Shown: positions 50,243 through 59,210 of the stretch, piece by piece
How positions within the stretch are numbered: the first letter of the stretch is position 1
Layout of the letters: every line of letters starts with the position of its first letter
NCBI GenBank assembly: GCA_945863965.1
Contig: CAMBBZ010000001.1
Coordinates: forward strand, 199-64,198
Direction: 5' to 3'
From: Chitinophaga pinensis
GTDB lineage: Bacteria; Bacteroidota; Bacteroidia; NS11-12g; UBA955
DNA length: 64,000 nucleotides
The notes under the pieces: generated by a model
Databases searched by the model: none
What the model was told of the DNA's origin: nothing
The model's input: the letters and a program-made list of their open reading frames with translations, nothing else
Made by a program: the position numbers and the translations under genes

Positions 50243-52503
50243 TGGAACCCTATAGAAAAATCCAATCGCGCATCCTTTTTTTTCTCTTGGGAAACCTAAT
50301 TTTCGGTAATGCAATTCTTAACGCACAAAACCAATTATTGATTCCAACGGGTTCTTGGCGCACCCACCTAAGTTACCACGCCCCTAAATTTTGTCAGGCC
50401 ACTCAGAAATATGTGTATGCCGCTACCGACAATGGTTTGTGGCGAACGGATAATTTCGGACAGATGACGGTATTGCGCAAAACAGATGGGTTTTGGGCAA
50501 ATGAAATCACGGCTATGAAGTTCAATGCCGAAAAAAACATCTTGGTTTTGGGTTATATAGACGGGGGAATTGACTTACTGCTCAACGATCAAAAAATAGT
50601 CCCAGTGATGGGCTTTAGAAACAAACCCCAGCAGGGAAACAAGCAAATCAATTCCATTTCCTTTATTGGGAATGATGCGATTATTGCAACAGAATTTGGC
50701 ATTTTAATTCTTGATCTTAGTAAATATGAAATTCGGGATAGTTATACGTCCATTGGAGAATTCGGAAAACAAGAAGCCATCAAAAGCGCTTGTGTCGTGG
50801 CAGACTCCATTTATGTAGCCACGCTCGAGGGAATACGCCGAGCTCCTTGGAATCCTTTTGTAAACCTGAACGACTATCAGCAATGGCAAAATTTCAAAGA
50901 AATTCCCCTGCCCCGTTTTTTACACAATTACAACGATTCCCTTATATTCGAATCTGGTAACATCGTTTATTCCTACTTCCTCGGCTCCATTAAAGTCCTT
51001 ACCAATGGCACCGAAGCCGTTGCGGATATATTCACCAATACCCAAGGCCTGCACATATTTAGACCCGGTAGCATTACGAATTTCAATCAAGGCGCTGTCA
51101 AAACGCTATACATTAATCTTGTGGTTAGTGCCACCCAAGCTCAAGATGGTAATTATTGGTTTTGCACAGGATTAAAAACCGGTATTATCAAAAAAGACCC
51201 CAACGGAGAACTTTCATTCCGACCTAATGGTCCGCCGAACCGCTCTATTTTTAACATGACGCAGTCTGGAAATACCCTGCTCAGCGCAGGCGGCGGTGTA
51301 AGTGCCACATTTGGAAACGCCTTCAATACCGCTGGGTATTATTTATACAATCAAGACGGTTGGAGGAGCGAACTCCCTTCCAACTTTAGCCGCAATTTAT
51401 ACGACTTTATTTTTGTGGCCCACAATCCACTAAACGACCGCTATTACGCGGCCAGTCATAGTTTTGGAATGATCGAGTTTTCCCAAGGAAACATAACCGC
51501 ACGTTTTGATGAAACCAATTCCCCCCTGAAACGAATTAACGACAGTATGTTTATCCATATTGGCGGAATGGATATCGATTCAAAAGGTGGTTTATGGCTA
51601 GTTAACAGAAATAACAATAAGGCATTACTCTACAAAAACGCGGCAGGTACTTGGTTTTCACTGAACATGAGAAACAACGAAAACGACGTTATTGGATTGC
51701 ACATCGATAACCTCGATCGCAAGTGGTTTATCATGCAAGGTGGCGGTATTTGGGTATTTCACGAAGGGGCCGACATTAACAGTCCTACAGACGACAAATG
51801 GATTAAAATACTCCAAAACAATGGCCTAGTAAGCAATCAAGTGCTTTCCATCAAAAGCGATAAGAACGATTATGTTTGGATAGGAACCAATCAAGGACTC
51901 AATGTATTCACCGGTAGAGATCCTTTTGTAAACCCTAAAATTGATCGTTTTATCGTAGAACAAGACGGATCTGTAGGCTATTTAATGGGTGAAGAGTATA
52001 TCCGCGATATATTGGTCGACGGAGGCAACCGAAAATGGTTTGCCACCACCAACGGTGTTTTTTGCATCGATGAGTACGGCCAACGGGTTATTAAACATTT
52101 CACCAAGGAAAACAGTCCGCTGCTATCGAACCGCACTATTTGTCTAGGTCAAGTAGATTACTCCTCAGAACTCTTTATAGGTACCGATTTCGGAATTATA
52201 TCCTACCAAAACGATGCCGGTAACGGCAATAACACCTTCGGAGAAATAAAGGTTTATCCCAATCCTGTTTATCCAAAATACGAAGGCGATATCACAATTG
52301 ATGGATTGGCGCAAAATTCAGAAGTCCGCATTGCCGACGTGCAAGGCCGCGTGGTATTTCAAACTAAATCGAACGGAAGCAAAGCCATTTGGAATGGATT
52401 GCGCTTAGATGGCACCCGCCCGAATAGTGGCGTGTATTTTATTTTTGCCATTAACCAAGACGGCACAGAAACCGCTTTGGGGAAATTTGTTTTTATTCAA
52501 TAA
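50242..52503 (+). CDS. beta-propeller (two-component-regulator-propeller repeat) protein with T9SS C-terminal sorting domain; PorZ-like
   Basis: 753 aa with a signal peptide. It has repeated W.GT..GL..F blades (e.g. YVWIGTNQGLNVF, WFATTNGVFCID). The C-terminal roughly 85 aa (KVYPNPV...VRIADVQGRVVF...GVYFIF) is a type-A T9SS CTD. Its start overlaps the sprA stop (TAATG). Confidence 0.6.
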   Translation: MEPYRKIQSRILFFLLGNLIFGNAILNAQNQLLIPTGSWRTHLSYHAPKFCQATQKYVYAATDNGLWRTDNFGQMTVLRKTDGFWANEITAMKFNAEKNILVLGYIDGGIDLLLNDQKIVPVMGFRNKPQQGNKQINSISFIGNDAIIATEFGILILDLSKYEIRDSYTSIGEFGKQEAIKSACVVADSIYVATLEGIRRAPWNPFVNLNDYQQWQNFKEIPLPRFLHNYNDSLIFESGNIVYSYFLGSIKVLTNGTEAVADIFTNTQGLHIFRPGSITNFNQGAVKTLYINLVVSATQAQDGNYWFCTGLKTGIIKKDPNGELSFRPNGPPNRSIFNMTQSGNTLLSAGGGVSATFGNAFNTAGYYLYNQDGWRSELPSNFSRNLYDFIFVAHNPLNDRYYAASHSFGMIEFSQGNITARFDETNSPLKRINDSMFIHIGGMDIDSKGGLWLVNRNNNKALLYKNAAGTWFSLNMRNNENDVIGLHIDNLDRKWFIMQGGGIWVFHEGADINSPTDDKWIKILQNNGLVSNQVLSIKSDKNDYVWIGTNQGLNVFTGRDPFVNPKIDRFIVEQDGSVGYLMGEEYIRDILVDGGNRKWFATTNGVFCIDEYGQRVIKHFTKENSPLLSNRTICLGQVDYSSELFIGTDFGIISYQNDAGNGNNTFGEIKVYPNPVYPKYEGDITIDGLAQNSEVRIADVQGRVVFQTKSNGSKAIWNGLRLDGTRPNSGVYFIFAINQDGTETALGKFVFIQ

Positions 52504-53275
52504 CAACCTTTAGGCCGTCATAAGCCAAATCGATGCCATCGGGTAATTCCGAACACACTGCATCGTGGAAGCCTATTTGGTGACTCATATGCGTAAAATA
52601 GGTTTGCTTGGCCCCTATTCCCAATGCCAATTCGGTGGCTTCTTCGAGGGTAAAATGGCTAATATGTGGCGTTCTGCGCAGCGCATTCAACACCAATACT
52701 TCCACGCCCACTAATTTGGCTAATTCTTGCTCCGATATAAAATTGGCATCGGTGATATAGGCAAACTTCCCAAAACGAAATCCCAAAACAGGCAATCTAT
52801 AATGCAGCACTTCTATAGGTTCAATAGGCAATCCAATTACCTCAAAAGGCTCATTTTCATGTATGAGATGAAAATCAACCAATGGAATTCCAGGATAGGG
52901 AACCTCTTGGAAAAAATAACTGTATTGGAGCTTAAAGGCATCTAGCACCCGTTTATGACAATAAACGGGAATGCGTTTTTGATTGTGATTGAAATTAATC
53001 GGACGAACGTCATCGAGTCCGCCGGTATGATCGCGATGTTCATGGGTGAATAGTACCGCATCTATGTCGTTAATACCCTCCCGTAATAATTGATACCGAA
53101 AGTCAGGCCCGGTATCGATGACAAGACTTTTATCTTTGTATTGCAGATAAATGCTGCTTCTTAAACGTTTATCCTTAGGGTTTTGACTCAAACACACGTC
53201 GCACTTACACCCAATTGGAGGAACCCCTTGAGATGTACCCGTACCTAAAAACGTTACCGTAAGCGCTTCGCTCAT
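52493..53275 (-). CDS. MBL-fold metallo-hydrolase
   Basis: HxHxDH motif THEHRDHTGG; 260 aa. Confidence 0.8.
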   Translation of the reverse strand: MSEALTVTFLGTGTSQGVPPIGCKCDVCLSQNPKDKRLRSSIYLQYKDKSLVIDTGPDFRYQLLREGINDIDAVLFTHEHRDHTGGLDDVRPINFNHNQKRIPVYCHKRVLDAFKLQYSYFFQEVPYPGIPLVDFHLIHENEPFEVIGLPIEPIEVLHYRLPVLGFRFGKFAYITDANFISEQELAKLVGVEVLVLNALRRTPHISHFTLEEATELALGIGAKQTYFTHMSHQIGFHDAVCSELPDGIDLAYDGLKVVIE

Positions 53276-53277
53276 GC

Positions 53278-54264
53278 TTATGACTTCTGGGCTAGAAATC
53301 CCTTCAAATCCATAATGATACCCACTTCCATATTGTTTTCTTTTTTATCGTCGGAAGCCCAAATACTCAACCAATCGCAGGCATGTATTACCTCAAATAA
53401 AGAAGACAAACTTGAATCCTTGATGGGATATTGATAAATACGGTTCCCTTTTTCAGTCAAGAGCCGATTCAAGAACTCGAATCGCGCATTCACCCGTTCG
53501 TTATTCCCACTATTTAAAAACAAGAAATTATTATCTCTCTTCTGATAATAACTCTCAATCATATTGTGATTCGCCTCTGGCAATACGGACATAAAGGCCT
53601 CGCCTTTGGCATTTTCTTGAATTTGTTGACACACACGAATCCCCACCGCCTCAAACGCCGCATCGGTAACGATTACAAACGTATTGGCAATCTGATCTTG
53701 AAAGCAGGCATGCATTTCTTTCGCTCTTAAGATTGCTGTTTCGTGGTTCTTAAACTGCCCTTGCAAGGCGGTTAATGACGGTATCATATCTTTGCCTAAC
53801 AATTCACCCAATATCAATAACAAGTTCGATAGCGCGAACCCTAAGGTCATACGGGGTTGATAACCCAAGGCAATCGTATACGTGGGCAACTCATACTTCT
53901 TAGCTAATTCCGTTAACGTGCCACCCGCGGCCATAATAATAATTTCACAACCTTTTTCTTGTGCTTCGCCAAACATAGTGAGCGTTTCCTCCGTGTTTCC
54001 TGAATAGGAACATAGAATGGCTAAAGTCTGTTCATTGGCATAAGCTGGAACGCTATAATCTGAAAATACCTCTACAGGAATCGGCATTTCATTGATAAAA
54101 TACGCCCGTGCAATGCGTCCACCAATACCACTCCCCCCTAAACCACCGATAATTACGTTTCTGAATTTATGGATATTTTTTCCATGAGCACGGTAGTGAT
54201 TAATGGCATATTCAAATTGTTCGGAAAAATTCTCAAGGGATTGTTCGTGTGTAATGGCTGACAT
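53278..54264 (-). CDS. bifunctional phosphoglucose/phosphomannose isomerase (SIS domain)
   Basis: 328 aa with the SIS-type block GGLGGSGIGGR. Confidence 0.7.
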   Translation of the reverse strand: MSAITHEQSLENFSEQFEYAINHYRAHGKNIHKFRNVIIGGLGGSGIGGRIARAYFINEMPIPVEVFSDYSVPAYANEQTLAILCSYSGNTEETLTMFGEAQEKGCEIIIMAAGGTLTELAKKYELPTYTIALGYQPRMTLGFALSNLLLILGELLGKDMIPSLTALQGQFKNHETAILRAKEMHACFQDQIANTFVIVTDAAFEAVGIRVCQQIQENAKGEAFMSVLPEANHNMIESYYQKRDNNFLFLNSGNNERVNARFEFLNRLLTEKGNRIYQYPIKDSSLSSLFEVIHACDWLSIWASDDKKENNMEVGIIMDLKGFLAQKS

Positions 54265-54330
54265 ATTACAAAAGTACAGCGATTTAACAATATTCGTGTC
54301 TTATCTCCTATTAATGCGACTAATTAATCC

Positions 54331-54356
54331 AAAAAAAAGCCGCTCCTAGGAGCGGC
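54331..54356 (-). terminator. rho-independent terminator (gccgctcc-ta-ggagcggc palindrome followed by T8 on the minus strand)
   Basis: 8-bp GC-rich stem plus U8, 25 bp downstream of the PPIase gene stop. Confidence 0.7.
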
Positions 54357-54380
54357 TTTGCTATATTTTAAATGCCTTTA

Positions 54381-56534
54381 TTAATTATTCCACTCGAATT
54401 TGTATCGGAAATCTTGAATGTTTCCTTCACGCATCAATACTTCTTGCAATCGGTTTAACATATAGCTAGGCTGACGGCTATAATCGTCACCTTCAGGCGT
54501 ATTATACACTGATGTGGGAATTTCTACCTTGTTTATTTTCGCGATCTTGATAATGGCTACCGACTCTTTTCCAATGATAGGATTGCTTGTAATCCCTTCT
54601 TTTAGACCAAAAACCGCACCCAATACACCAAATTCGCTTCCAATTTGAGGTAAAAATCCTTGTCCGAAACGGGCAACATCTAAATCTACCACGGTAGCGT
54701 TTAATTGCTGCGCCAACTTGTTAAAGTCTTTTTCTTTCGCATACGCCTCTTCCATCTTCTTTGCTAACAATTTGCCTTTTATGAACTTACGCACTTCTGG
54801 TTCTATTTGTTTGCGGACGCTTTGAGCGGTTGCATATCCCACGTGCTTCACATTTTCCAACTTAATAACCACGTGTTTAGTTGGAAACGCAAATATTTCG
54901 GAAATATCATTATTCGCTCGTTTCGCATCGAATAACCAATAATTCAACTGACGTATTTCACTCATATCAGAAATACCACCAATAGAACGCTGATCGGTAC
55001 CAAACTCATTCGCTACCAAAGGAATTAAAGCAAACTTTTCTACTGCTTTATCAAATGTTTCTGGCTTGCTTGGGTCGATTTGATTTTTGAATTTGCGACT
55101 TTTTTCATCGACCAATTTCACGGTATTACTTCCTGGACCGATTTCCACACTGTTCATGGAAAAACGGATCATTCGGTAATCGGGATCGTCCATCATTTTC
55201 ATGATGTGGAAACCGTATTCTGTTTTTACTAAACCCAACTGGTTTTTCGTCGCTGTTAAGCAAAAGTTTTTGTAGGCCGCTACATATTGATTGGGATTTG
55301 CCCAACCGTAAGTTCCACCTTTGCTCGCTGAACCTGGATCGCTAGAATAATCGGCCGCTAATTCGGCTATCGTTTTGCCACCGGCAACCATAGCGTAAAC
55401 CTTTTTGGCTTCTACTTCTGCTTGAATGGAATCTTTGATTTCTGTTCCGTTTGGTAATTTACCCGCAAAAGGAATTAGAATATGAGAAACATTAACGACG
55501 GGAACTGAATCTTTAATTTCAGCTACTTTTTGATATACACTGAAAACACCTTCCTTATACACAGGTCCTACAACCCTACCCAAACGGGCATCCCATAAAG
55601 AATCCTTAACCACGGCTGGCATTTTGTCATTACTCAGATCTGAACGACGCACAAATCCGCTGGCACCCAAGGTATCGGGCTTTTCAGACATGCGTGCATA
55701 GCTTTGCGCAACACGTAAAGCGCGTGTTTGTGCATCTAAAGTGTCTTCTGTAGAGGGTACGATATTGAAAACCACGTATTTAAAATCACGCTTTTCTTGG
55801 GTGATTTTAAATTTCTCTTTATTTAGATCTAGATATTCCTTAACGTCTGAATCGGTTATTTTAACATCTCCATCCTTAATGAATTCAAGATTTACCGCTA
55901 GCAACTTACCGTTTACGCTTTCGTTTGAGCCTTTGTATTGGTAACCTTGCTCTACTTTAGTTGTAAACGCACGTGCTTTGGCAACATAGGTGGCATAACG
56001 GGTTTCAATCTCATTTTGGCGCATGCGATCAACATACGTGCCCAATTGTTTGCGCAATGTGGCGTTCGACTTTGCCTGGCGGAAAATATCTTCCACCTTC
56101 TTAGGATCAAACTGATTGTCGGTCTGAAAGGATGGATCCCCTTTTATAGATTCATCAGGATGCGCACCCACCATCAATTCGTTGATATCTTCGTCGGAAA
56201 CCGCGATTCCGGACTTTTCAATTTGTGTCGAAACCGTTTTATTCTTTAACAAATCAAACCAAGAACGTTGGAATAGTTGACTAGACTTTTCTTTATCTAA
56301 CTGGTAATTAGGATCGCGCTCGAGCTCTTCTTTATAATATTTGTCGGCAATTTTGAGAATTTCTGCCTCTTTAACTTTTTCTCCAGCTATGACGGCGATC
56401 ACATCGCGATCTTCATCAATCTCTGGACCGTTACCTTTACCTGTTAACCAGTCGCCTACAATGAACAGCACCAAGGCTGACCCAATTACAATGGCTACCC
56501 ATTTGGAACTTCTAAGTCTTTGTATAATTGCCAT
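54381..56534 (-). CDS. periplasmic peptidyl-prolyl cis-trans isomerase / chaperone (PpiD/SurA family, parvulin domain)
   Basis: 717 aa with an N-terminal membrane anchor and the parvulin block SHILIPF...YGFHIMK. Confidence 0.8.
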   Translation of the reverse strand: MAIIQRLRSSKWVAIVIGSALVLFIVGDWLTGKGNGPEIDEDRDVIAVIAGEKVKEAEILKIADKYYKEELERDPNYQLDKEKSSQLFQRSWFDLLKNKTVSTQIEKSGIAVSDEDINELMVGAHPDESIKGDPSFQTDNQFDPKKVEDIFRQAKSNATLRKQLGTYVDRMRQNEIETRYATYVAKARAFTTKVEQGYQYKGSNESVNGKLLAVNLEFIKDGDVKITDSDVKEYLDLNKEKFKITQEKRDFKYVVFNIVPSTEDTLDAQTRALRVAQSYARMSEKPDTLGASGFVRRSDLSNDKMPAVVKDSLWDARLGRVVGPVYKEGVFSVYQKVAEIKDSVPVVNVSHILIPFAGKLPNGTEIKDSIQAEVEAKKVYAMVAGGKTIAELAADYSSDPGSASKGGTYGWANPNQYVAAYKNFCLTATKNQLGLVKTEYGFHIMKMMDDPDYRMIRFSMNSVEIGPGSNTVKLVDEKSRKFKNQIDPSKPETFDKAVEKFALIPLVANEFGTDQRSIGGISDMSEIRQLNYWLFDAKRANNDISEIFAFPTKHVVIKLENVKHVGYATAQSVRKQIEPEVRKFIKGKLLAKKMEEAYAKEKDFNKLAQQLNATVVDLDVARFGQGFLPQIGSEFGVLGAVFGLKEGITSNPIIGKESVAIIKIAKINKVEIPTSVYNTPEGDDYSRQPSYMLNRLQEVLMREGNIQDFRYKFEWNN

Positions 56535-56624
56535 ATCAAATATTGCTTGTTTTTAAAAAGAAAGCAAAAATAGGATTTCGGAACCGATAAAACAACCAAA
56601 AAACAAACCTTTCAGTCGCAATTC

Positions 56625-58175
56625 CTACTCAACCCAATAACGTTTGCGTATTGCTTTTTTATTCCGCCTAATAATTACGTTGTAAACACCTGAAGGCAGG
56701 CGATTTTTATGAATGAATATTTCTTGAAATTCAGATTCCCCAAAACCCTTTTCTCCATCGGACGTATATATCTGCTGGGCATACACTTTAGGTCCCGACT
56801 TTATCTCGAAGGTAAAGGACGTTTCACCAGGCATATTTGCCAAAAATAATACGGAATCCATATCGTCGCAGGGATTAATCATAAGCACCGGTTGTTGCTT
56901 TACGGGTTTTATCTTTTTACCCTTCCATTCTGTTAATTGTATCACTATTTTATTCGTGCGATCGTCAAAGGCAGTAACTGCTACCATTCCCCCACCGGAT
57001 TTGGCCGTTGCCAACGAAATATAATCTCCGTAAAAACGATCCTTTCCGGCAAGTGCAATGGGTTCCGGACTTAAGTTAATATTTACAGTGGCGCCCAAAG
57101 GCTTTAATTCACTAGTATTTACTTGAAAAAATCGACCCGACTGGCTGTGGCGCATGTCGTACCATATAGCACGGGGCAACCCTGTATTGCGGTCTAATGC
57201 CACATAAGGAAATAATTGATTGGCACCCGAAATGTCGTCGTCAACGCGCATGGCTTTCCCGAATCCACTCGTAGAAGAAGAAGCGACCTGATACCATATA
57301 TCCCAATCTCCTTGAACAGACTTCGCGGCATAAACAACATACATACCGCCCTTCTCATCGCTGCATAAGAATGGCATCCCGTTGGCCCGCGTTAATCCCT
57401 GAACATCGTTTATATTCCAACCGCCTTTCATCGTTCCTAGGAAAACATCCTTCCCCCAATTACGCCCGGCATCGCTACTTTTATCGTACCACAAGGTATC
57501 GTTGCGAGACCAAACACAGACCAAGGTGCCGTTTGGAAAAACGCCCACGGTAGCGCCTTCTGCGGTTTGACTTCCGTCTTTGGCATCGCCTGAAACATCA
57601 CTAATATAAACGGGCTCAGAAAAGGTGGCTCCTAAATTTTCGCTATACGAAAAACGAATCCGGCTTGAATCTCGGGGCGATTCACTTCCGTACTTATCAA
57701 ATTCGGTCCACACCAAGTAAATATTATTGCGATACGGACTTTTAATGCCTTCATCAACAGTAAACCACGGTTTATCTTGCATTTTACCGTTTTTACCGAT
57801 GCCCTTTGAATAAAACTCTACCCCATTGGTAGACCGTTCGAATACAATACAATCAAAAGACTCGGGATACGGTTTTTCTTCATTTTTAGCCAAATGGGCT
57901 AAGTAAATCATGCCATTTTTGGCTTTATAAATCACAGGATCTCCGTAAAAACCTTGGGTAGGTTTAACCGATATTGGGTTCCATTGGTTCCCTCGATTTA
58001 GGGTATGAAAGACTTGATTGTTATTGAAAGCCAACCAAATATCGCTTGGATCTTCTGCATTCATGGAAATACAGGGTTCATTGCCTTCAATAGGCGGATC
58101 CGATAAATAGGTAACCCGAATTTGTGCCCCAATAAAAAGGGGACAAAACAGCCAAACCAATGCCAGCAGCTTCAT
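56625..58175 (-). CDS. exported BNR/Asp-box repeat protein (sialidase-like beta-propeller)
   Basis: Start taken at MKLLALVWLFCPLFIGAQ, giving a signal peptide. The track's extension would overlap trxB. It has Asp-box-like SSDAGRNWG and STNGVEF motifs. Confidence 0.55.
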   Translation of the reverse strand: MKLLALVWLFCPLFIGAQIRVTYLSDPPIEGNEPCISMNAEDPSDIWLAFNNNQVFHTLNRGNQWNPISVKPTQGFYGDPVIYKAKNGMIYLAHLAKNEEKPYPESFDCIVFERSTNGVEFYSKGIGKNGKMQDKPWFTVDEGIKSPYRNNIYLVWTEFDKYGSESPRDSSRIRFSYSENLGATFSEPVYISDVSGDAKDGSQTAEGATVGVFPNGTLVCVWSRNDTLWYDKSSDAGRNWGKDVFLGTMKGGWNINDVQGLTRANGMPFLCSDEKGGMYVVYAAKSVQGDWDIWYQVASSSTSGFGKAMRVDDDISGANQLFPYVALDRNTGLPRAIWYDMRHSQSGRFFQVNTSELKPLGATVNINLSPEPIALAGKDRFYGDYISLATAKSGGGMVAVTAFDDRTNKIVIQLTEWKGKKIKPVKQQPVLMINPCDDMDSVLFLANMPGETSFTFEIKSGPKVYAQQIYTSDGEKGFGESEFQEIFIHKNRLPSGVYNVIIRRNKKAIRKRYWVE

Positions 58176-58204
58176 CCCCCGAAAATACACAATATAACTG
58201 AGTT

Positions 58205-59149
58205 TTAATCTCCTTTTGCCGCTAACCAACGCTCGGCGTCTAAAGCAGCCATGCAACCGGTACCCGCTGCGGTTACCGCCTGGCGATAAATTTTATCTTG
58301 GGCATCACCAGCACAAAACACCCCTTCAACGTTTGTACGGCTACTGCCTTTTTCGGTGATGATATAACCCGATTCATCCATATCCAAATAAGGTTTGAAT
58401 ATATCGGTATTAGGATTATGTCCAATTGCTACGAAAAATCCTTTTATCGCAATCTCGCGCTTTTCTCCTGTTTGATTATTGGAAACACGCACCGCCTCAA
58501 CAGCAAATTCCCCCAATATTTCATCCGTTTCGGTATTGAATAGTATTTCGATGTTCGGCGTATTCATCACGCGGTGCTGCATGGCTTTTGAGGCCCGGAA
58601 TTCACTCTTGCGCACCAACATATACACTTTACTGCAAATTTTAGACAAGTAACTCGCTTCTTCACAAGCGGTATCTCCCGCCCCAACAATAGCCACTTCA
58701 CTGCCTTTGTAGAAAAAACCATCACAAACGGCACAAGCGCTAACACCGCTGCCGTTCAAACGGGCTTCCGATGGAATACCCAACCATTTGGCAGAGGCAC
58801 CCGTAGATATAATGACCGATGTGGCGCTGATTTCTTTGCTTCCATCTACTATAACTTTTTGAGGTCCACCCGGTGTGAATTCAACTGAGGTTACCATACC
58901 AAAACGCACATCGGTACCCAAACGAACCGCTTGTTTTTTGAAGTTATCCATCATTACGGGACCCATAATACCGTCGGGGTAACCAGGATAGTTTTCTACA
59001 TCCGTCGTTATGGTTAATTGTCCGCCCGGTTGCAAGCCCTCATACATTACTGGCTTCATATCGGCTCTGGCCGCATATATCGCTGCGGTATAACCGGCAG
59101 GACCGCTGCCGATGATTAAACATTCTATGTGTTCGATTGATTCTGACAT
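58205..59149 (-). CDS. trxB: thioredoxin-disulfide reductase
   Basis: FAD motif GSGPAGYTAAIYAAR, redox-active CAVCD, and NADPH motif GAGDTA. Confidence 0.95.
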   Translation of the reverse strand: MSESIEHIECLIIGSGPAGYTAAIYAARADMKPVMYEGLQPGGQLTITTDVENYPGYPDGIMGPVMMDNFKKQAVRLGTDVRFGMVTSVEFTPGGPQKVIVDGSKEISATSVIISTGASAKWLGIPSEARLNGSGVSACAVCDGFFYKGSEVAIVGAGDTACEEASYLSKICSKVYMLVRKSEFRASKAMQHRVMNTPNIEILFNTETDEILGEFAVEAVRVSNNQTGEKREIAIKGFFVAIGHNPNTDIFKPYLDMDESGYIITEKGSSRTNVEGVFCAGDAQDKIYRQAVTAAGTGCMAALDAERWLAAKGD

Positions 59150-59210
59150 TTCCTTTTATTTTTACAAAATTAAGTTCACAATACCTTGAAATCGGGTGAT
59201 TTTAGGCACA

